From Flaccisagitta enflata (Eukaryota): a DNA stretch of 64,000 bases. The DNA lies in assembly GCA_965153355.1 (NCBI GenBank), contig OZ231126.1:4464001-4528000 (forward strand). The letters are read 5' to 3'. Numbering within the stretch: position 1 is the stretch's first letter; each line of letters opens with the position of its first letter. Below are positions 55,506-64,000 of the stretch, one piece after another. Under the pieces are notes generated by a model that made no database searches, had not been told where the DNA came from, and worked only from the letters and a program-made list of their open reading frames with translations. A program made the translations under genes and the position numbers.

Positions 55506-57977
55506 TATACAGTGGAGCACCGCTAGAGCGCACCCGCTATTAAGGCATGCCCGCCTACAAGGCATAGAACATGTTGTCCCATCAGCGATTTTGTAGTCAT
55601 TTCTATATTGGCAATAAAGCAGCTTCAGTATAAGGCATAATTTTGCCCAGTCCTTTGGCATGCGCTCTAGTGAAGCTCAAGTGTATATCAGGTTTTTTTT
55701 CTTGGCTATCATGCATGTAAAGGACCTGTTATCATACATGTACAAGACCTCCTGCCCTTGTTTATCCCGCAATATCTCGCAAAAGCAAACTTTCCAGCGT
55801 AGCTGACTTGGGCAAGAAAATAAAAAGCTGAACTATGGCGTAATAAAAACAAGGCCGGATACACGGCTACCAAAGACGCGTGCAGGTGGGCAGGGGTTAT
55901 TTTTGAGGTCACAAGACCATTGGAGCAGGAGCGGTGAGGTCCAAAAATAAGAATCATCTAAAAAAGTAAAGTGTGATTAACAGACCAACCGACCAACGGA
56001 CAGACAAAGCGGGGTGTAGAGTCGCATGCATGCGACTAAAAACGAGACCAGATACTTCTTTTGGTCATAACTTCTCTAATAATGTACCCAGTTGGCTGAA
56101 ATTTTTTTTCTGAAATTACTTTCTACAGTTAAACCTCGCTCCTACTGACACGCTTTTAATGGAATTCTGCTGATAACAGATACTAATTCTAGGCCTCTTC
56201 AACGCATTCTATTTTATTTCTTTATTGGCCATAATAGAATTCTGCCTTTAACTGAAGACATACAGTAGATGTTGTCTAGACTTGGAAATACAGGGGAATT
56301 CATTACAGAAAGATTGATATACTTAAAAAACTGATATTTGGAATATAGACTAATAACAAAATGCTTTATTACCCATGAGTGTTAGTTGCCATGGAAACTC
56401 ATTTCCATGTATTCAAGCTAAACTATCAATGTTACAAAATATTTATGAAAGACCATTGTTTGAAATAAAATTTACTACAACTTTCCCACAATATGTTCTG
56501 TAAAAATATTGATTGTTTAGCCGTTGCTAGGGAGGGTAACTATTTGTGACAGCCCTGTGATGCTCCCTAGCAACCGCCAAATGAGTAATATTCTTACAAA
56601 ACATATTGTAGGTTAGTTATAGCAAATTTTGTTTCAAAAAATGTTCCCTCAAAAAATTTTTTAAAAACATTGATACTTTAGCGTGAAAACATGGAAATGT
56701 ATTTCCATGGCAACCAAAACCATTGGGCAATAAAACATCCTCTTATTAATTCTTATTCCGAAGATCAGTCTTTTAAGTTTATTAGATTCCTGTAATGAAT
56801 TCCTCTGTATTTCCAAGTCTAGACAACATTTTCTGTATGTTGGTCCCCTGAAATCTGTTGGAGCGGGATTTGACTGTCATTAAGTATCACTAAAAATCGC
56901 GGAGACAGTCCCGGAGAAAATCTAGGCTCCAAACTTTAGAATTCAAGCTGTGCAAAAGACACAGATTGAGATCGCTAACAAGACAATATTGGTGGGTTTC
57001 TCTCTATGGTTATCTTCTTAAGGGGTTTTCGCATTGGGCGCATCATCTAGATATTATCTAGATATTCCCTCTTTGGTATCTCAATAATTTTTCTCATGCA
57101 AAAACCTCTTTAACCTTCATTTCTAACATCTTTCTATCTTTTCCCTTTTTTTAGTCGCGTGCACGTGACTCAACAACCCGCTCTGTCCGTCCGTCGGTTG
57201 GTTGGTCGGTTGGTTGGTCGGTTGGTCACATTTTACTTTTTTTTATGATTTTATTTCTTTGACCCCCACTGCTCCAGCCCTAATGGTCTAGTGACCTCAA
57301 ACATGGCCCCTGCCCACCCGCACGCGACTTCGGTAGCCGTGTATCCGGCCTTGTTTTTCCACTGTCCCAAGAGGAAGTGAGTGAAGTGAGTTAATGTTAC
57401 CGACTTGGTTTGCCGATTTGTCTGTCTGTCTGTCTGTCTGTCTGACTGTCTATCAACGCAGGTGGACTTGCTCATCATTTTAACTGAATTACCTTCAAAT
57501 TTAGCAAAACCTATATCATAGGAATGTCCTAATGATGAAATAAAAACGCTCATGGTTATGTAGTAGGTATCATTTCATTACATGGTACACTAGAAAGAGT
57601 AACCAGTGGTATTTGTACAAAGTGTGATTGAGTTTTTTTGTTTTTTTACTGGATTACATGAAAACCAATCCTATGAAAACAACCCCTAATTTCCAGCTGT
57701 GATAGAAATACACAACTTAGCAATTCATTTAGATGTTCAGTATGATGTTGACTTCAAAAAAAGTCCTTTCCTTCTTGTTCCAATATGCATTTTTTACCAT
57801 CAAGGAATTACCTAAGGAGTACATGTGTTTGAATATGTCAAGAAAAATTCAAACCTTTACAACTACAGAGAGAAAAAAATTTGTACAATGTATACTTTTT
57901 CATCATCAATGCCCTGAATAACAGTAGTTACTTGATGTATACACAAATTTAGATGCAGATTAAACAAATACAGATGG

Positions 57978-58047
<70 letters not shown>

Positions 58048-58110
58048 CAAGGTGAGGAAAAAAGGTCTTTTTGCTACATGGTAAATAGATTTTAATGTAT
58101 CTAATTTTCT

Positions 58111-58160
<50 letters not shown>

Positions 58161-58801
58161 TATCATCATCATCTTTCTCTTCCTACTCTTTATTTTCTTT
58201 GAATCATAATCATCCTCATCATCGTCATCAATCTAAAGTTCTCTCAGGTCATGATGTATATTTGTCCTCTTTATTTTGTATAAAATGCATGCTTTTAGAC
58301 AGATTTTGGCTCATACATAGCCCCAGTCCAAGAAACTTTCACAAAATCTTTAAACGCAAAATCCATCGATTATCTGTCATTTTTTTTTCATAATTAATGC
58401 TGCTGCAGCGAATTGCAGGTAGTATTGAGGTCATATTTCAGCAAACTCCAGCTCATTGAAGTTCATTCATTGAGTCATTGCTTTATTTAGTATAAATGGT
58501 ACTTCTAATGACGAAAAATGAGATTAGAAAGGAAACTGTCAAATGAGGTTTAAGAAATCACTGATAGTCATTAAGTGATCATAACTAGTCATAATGTGGA
58601 GGTTTTGTTTTATTACTGTTTTCTTTCTTAGGTTATGCGAATTTTGGGGGTCTTTAATTTTTAGGAAAGGCAAGGAAAACTGCCAGGGGACACACATGTA
58701 ATGTAATTAAACGTGATTATTACTCTTTCAATAAAATGAAGATTATTTTTTTACCCTTTTACTTTAAAAAAAAAAGATCAGAAAACGATTGTAAAATAGA
58801 G

Positions 58802-58892
<91 letters not shown>

Positions 58893-60899
58893 AACTCACC
58901 ACATCAGTTCGTGACCTGCCTTTCAATGATGAACAACGTGTTATGTTGCTCTCCCTGAGTATTGCACACCAATGAAAGATTTGTCAAGCAAGAGTAGAGG
59001 CAAATCAAAGTCAGGGGGAGAGAGATTAAAAGCAAAAAGATAAAAATATAGAAATGGGACCAGACTAAAATTTATCATCAGAATTGTGCAGCTTCAAAAA
59101 AAACATTCGCTTTTCAATTTATCATAAGCAACAAAAGTCAAGAAAGGAAAGAGATAAAAAGGAAACATTTGAATCTGAAGATTTTGGACAATTCTTGATT
59201 ATGTCAAGTAGTCCAATCAAAAATACCTATAATGAACCTATACAGCGTACAAATCCTAAAAAAGAAAACAGTTTTCACACTCAATTCGCTGGTAAGCAAT
59301 CTTTGAAGCCACTGTTACCAATCCAATGAAAATAAAAATTTGTCTAGGTTTTACCTAAAAAAAAAAGAAAAGTGAAAACTGTAAGGATAATTTTTCTTTC
59401 GCTATCATTTTTCTTCTTTCTCCGTTACAAATAGGAAAAAGATGTTACCTGATTTTTTGCTCCTATTGTATTTAGAGATGCTTAGCAAATCAGAAGAATA
59501 TATGCTAATATTAAAGCCTTTACTTGACCACAGTCATGCTTCACAAGAGCATATTCAAGAGGACTAGATTGAAAGAAATCCTAATGGGTAATCAAATTTT
59601 GTGTCATTTTTTAGGCTGGAGTTAGGGTAAGGGATGGGGTTGGGGTTACTTTGAAGAACTTTACAAAAACGGCATTTTTTTCTCTAATAGGAAGTGCGTA
59701 ACTGCATTGTTAATCAACAAAAACTACTTTATTTTGCTTCAATTCTTTAAAAAATCGGAACGGCCTTAGAATCCTTTGTGAACTTATACTGTATTTGTTC
59801 ACTGCAAAACAGAGCATTTGCATAAATTTTGATGGACTAAATTTGTCATAATATACGGAGAAAATCCTTTTTTAGTCAAGTTGTCGAAGTTGTTACAGTC
59901 TTTTTTAGTTGTCATTGCTGCTGTTTTTGTTGTGGTTGTTAACGGTGTTGTTTTTGCTTGTTTTTTTTTTTTTTCATTTTTTGTGGTTGTTCTCACCCTA
60001 CAGGAGGAGGAGGAAATTGGCAATATATAAAAAATTGAAGATGCAAACATAATATGCTAGATACCGCACAAACAAAAATATTCATTTGTTCAATAATAAT
60101 TTAGTAGAAGTTAAGGCAATCCAATAAGACAAATGTATTTACATGACATCTCCCTCAGATAGGAGACATAAAAAGCCCTGAAATTAGTTAATGAAACTTG
60201 GCTAATGGCAACGATAATAATAATCATAATAGTATGCATGACACAAGCCAATTTATATTCAACTATCAATTATCATTAATATTATCATACCATGCTAACT
60301 TCTTACTACTATTTTTCCGCTTTATTGGCTTGAAGAAATAGTGAAAAAGAATGAATGTCCTCTCTCCAAAGACAAAGGAGATTGATGAACAAATTCTATT
60401 CCTAAATTCACATCGTAAAATGCAAATGAAAAAAACAAACAAACTGACGATGCTCATGTGTTTTTTTGAGAATCATCAAAGACAAATATAGAGAGCGTTG
60501 ATGTTGGTTAAAAAAGGAGGTAGGAGAGTTTCTACTTGCTAGCTTTCAAAGAAATGAACAGCTTTCAGAAATGAAATCACTTTTTTTTTCTTTTTTGCTC
60601 TTCTCCTTTCAAAAAATAGAGAAAAAATGTGAACTGTATGTAATCTAGATGGCAGCATTTTGAATTCATAAAAAAGAAAACAATTTTTGAGGTTTTAGGT
60701 AATGTTTGAAAAAGAACCAGAAAAAGAAAACTGAGAAAAAGAGAAAAAGATGAGGAAGGATGGAGAAGAGAGAAAAGAGAAAAGAGAAAAGAGAAAAGGA
60801 GGTAGAATATAAGAAATGGGAAGAAAAGGATGGGGAAAAAGTGAGGAATAAGGACTTAAGGATGGAAAGAAAAATGACAGAAGAGGGAAAAGAGTGGGT

Positions 60900-61004
<105 letters not shown>

Positions 61005-61652
61005 TGCCATATCATCCTTAAGAAAACGGGTCTTTCATAAAGAAAACCTTTTTCATGTCGTGTTGTAATTTTCCCTTTTTGTTATTACTTGATTGCTTTT
61101 GGTTTCATCAAGCAATTTTCACAAAATAGGGTAAACATTCTACCCTTCCCCCCCCTCCCCCCCCAAAAAAAGCAAGATCTCTTTAAAAGTAAAAGTAAAA
61201 AGAAAAATCATAAATTGCACAAAACAATCAAAATTTGCATTGTATGAACGCCTGAATACACAGCTACCATATATAAGCGTCCAAATAAAGCCACACATCC
61301 ATTTTGTAGAAGAGAAAAAAAAACGGAAAAACATAATTTCATTGAAAAACACTGGATGCACTTAAAACAAAAAAAAAGAGGTTGTACTGGGAAAAAATCC
61401 AACATTTTCAAACACACAAACGCACACACACACACCAACACACAGACGAACAAGATAAAAGAAAATAAAAATCAATCAAAGGAGGGGAAAAAAATCAATT
61501 ATGAGGGTATTTTTTTCTTTTTGCTTTTTATGGTTTCAAAAGAGTCACGCAGTGACAGCGAACAAAAAAATAATAATAATAATTATGATAATGTAATCAC
61601 AATGACAACATTTTGTTTAAAAAAAAACAAACAAAAAACAAAAACAAACAAA

Positions 61653-62798
61653 TCAAATGAAAGAGGAAGTTGTTGTTGTTGTTGGTGTTGTTGTTTTTGT
61701 CGTTGCTTGCGCAGTTTGGTTGCAGTGCTTTTGCGATCGGTCTCCATCTGTGGACTCCACATGCTTACTAATGCCATCGTTGTAGTCATCATTGTCATCA
61801 TCATTTCCAAGACCATGTCCAGAGGCAGCGGTAGAGCGAAATGTTACAAGGGGAATAATAAGAGCATCATTTGCAACGCTTAAGGACTTGCTAAGAGTCT
61901 TTGTTGGGGAGGTAGAGAAGGAAGTGGAGGAAGCGGAAGAGGAGTCAATGGCACTCGTTGTAGTTGCGGATGCGGATGTGGATGCGGATGTGGATGCGGA
62001 GGTGGATGCGGATGTGGATGCGGATGCGGATGTGGATGGGAATGCGGATGCGGATGCGGATTTGGATGCGGATGCGGATGTGGATGGGAATGCGGGGGCG
62101 GATGCAGATGCGATTTGAGATGCAGATACAGATGCGGATGCAGATGCGCATTTGGATGCAGATGCGGATGCGGATGCGGATGCGGATGCGGATGCCACAG
62201 CCGAATCCACAAGCCGTTTTGCGGCATCTTGGAACGGAGACGCCTGACTGATCTCATGCTGCGGTGGTGCGTTGCACTCTACAGCATGACGCAGCTGCGA
62301 TGCATCAGGCGCTGCAGCATGAGTGGCATTTGAATCATCGTTTGGTGGAAGAGAGGAAGTGGCTGCAGGGAGAGAGGGAGTAGATGAGGGAAGAGGAGGA
62401 GGAGGAGGAGAAGTGGCGGGAGGTAGATCATGCGAAGATGGCGAAAACTCCTTTGAGTTATTGGAGGTAGTTGTGACTTCGACGGTGTCCATTTTGGCGT
62501 CATTTTGGGTGTCTGTTGCAACGGCATCTGTTGAAACGGCATCTGTGGCAACAACATCTGTGGCAACAGCATCTGTTACAGCCGCGCCGCTTTCAGGGGT
62601 GATGGGCAGATGCAGCATTGATGAGGAGGATGAGGAAGAAAGGCGACGAGGTGAAGCGGTATTGGCGGCAGCATTAGCAGCAGCATTAGCAGCAGCATTA
62701 GCAGCAGCATTCATAACAGGAGTGGTCGAAGACGAGGAGCTTATAAACGGAGTTTTCAAGTCATCACTTTCCATTAGTGTCTCTTGGTTATGATCCCG

Positions 62799-62889
<91 letters not shown>

Positions 62890-63286
62890 AATTGGTGTTG
62901 TTGCTTCCAGAGATAATGATGTAGCTGTTGTTGCTGTTTCAATTTGTCAAGAATGGCGTGATGGCAATGTCCCATTGAAGCAACCAACTCTTTATCTACC
63001 GCGACAAACTGGCCGCCGCAGCTGCAATGCGTCGGCGGCTGCGCGGACGAGACTGCTGCAGCTGTTGCTGCTGCCGCCGCTGCTGTTGGGTATAAAGCGG
63101 CATCGAGAGCAGAAGGATTATAATGATGATGATGATGAAGAAGAAATTGATGTTGATGATGATAAGGTGGTATAAAAGTAGGAGGAGGAGGAGGAGGAGG
63201 AGGAGCGACGAGGAAGGAGGAAGGGGATAAGTTGGAAGTGGATGCGTGGAGACGAAGAGGCACACCCAAAGACTCCAATCGGGCAG
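61653..63286 (-). CDS. Terminal coding exon (~544 aa, disordered: poly-P/H/A/Q/S, SA repeats) of a gene entering from beyond the window
   Basis: Acceptor CCCTTCCCACAG| (phase 1), long open frame mixing unique and low-complexity sequence, ends TTSSFI-TGA, followed by AT-rich UTR-like sequence. Confidence 0.75.
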
Positions 63287-63309
63287 CTGTGGGAAGGGTG
63301 GTGGTGGTA

Positions 63310-63608
63310 TGGAATAGTGTTGTGTTGTGTGGTTTGGCGTAGTGTGGTGTAGAGTGGTTTGGCATAGTGCGGTGAAAAGTGGTTTGGCATGGTGGGGTGT
63401 TAAGTGGTTTGGCATGGTGTGGTGTTGCGTGGTTTGGCAAGGTGTGGTATTGTGTGGTTTGGCATGGTGTGTTGTTGTGTGGTTTGGCATGGTGTGGTGT
63501 TGTGTGTGTTTTGGCATAGTTTGGTGTTGTGTGGTTTGGCATTGTGTAGTGTTGTGTGGTTTGGTGTGGTGTTGTGTGGCAAACGAGGTGTGGCATGTTG
63601 TGTTGCGT
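63310..63608. repeat. Short-period minisatellite (GTGGTTTGGCATGGTGTGGTGTT-like) just upstream of the minus-strand acceptor
   Basis: Directly visible. Accounts for the first ~110 aa of the 658-aa ORF call. Confidence 0.9.
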
Positions 63609-64000
63609 TAGTAGGAAAAAAGAAAACAATGATTAGATGAGGAAAAACTCGGTTTTAGATTTGAAATCAGTTTGACAAAAAAAGACTAAGATGAGAGATC
63701 ATGATATCAAATCATATATTGATCAACGAATCGACACAGACAATGATGGATAAAATGAGAAAAGGGAGAAGGAAAAGACAGACATCAGGCATAACTCACA
63801 ATGACAAAACTTGCATTTTTCAAGTGGGAGAGAGAGTCTATAACAAACTTTATATCAGCGACAGTCGGTACCTGAGAATGTTCCTTTTCGGTCAAAAATG
63901 TAGTCTTTCTTTAAAGATGTTGGAAACTTGAGGCTCATTTTGCCCGCAATCAAATCTCCTGCAAAGCAAACGAAACCATTAATCAATACAACCTGGCAAA

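Noticed and set aside
63287-63629. N-terminal 114 aa of the 658-aa minus-strand ORF
   Set aside because: Minisatellite-derived and upstream of a good acceptor at 63287-63288; treated as intron.

Overview
Repeat-rich eukaryotic (apparently metazoan) genomic DNA with one 33-N assembly gap at 39812-39844. Nearly all entries in the supplied ORF track are microsatellite or minisatellite artefacts. The real genes are spliced and were reconstructed by hand from GT-AG sites with matching phases. (1) A + strand protogenin-like (DCC/neogenin/IGDCC family) receptor: 23 phase-compatible exons at 13671-38926 encoding 4 Ig domains, 4 FN3 domains and the start of a 5th, with many low-complexity loop insertions. 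It breaks off at the gap. (2) A + strand, highly divergent rhodopsin-like 7TM receptor with a signal peptide and mucin-like stalk: 8 exons at 42518-55505, ~632 aa. (3) A - strand 1.6-kb low-complexity terminal coding exon (63286-61653). There is also a probable CCAAT-box promoter near 10.64-10.78 kb, an intact stand-alone LINE-ORF1-like gene antisense in an intron, LINE 3' fragments, and several non-autonomous DNA-transposon families. The most striking signal is that about 20 exon boundaries in two unrelated genes are themselves amplified into tandem arrays. Acceptor+exon-start copies are stacked upstream of exons and exon-end+donor copies downstream, giving dozens of near-perfect decoy splice sites that are almost always out of frame.
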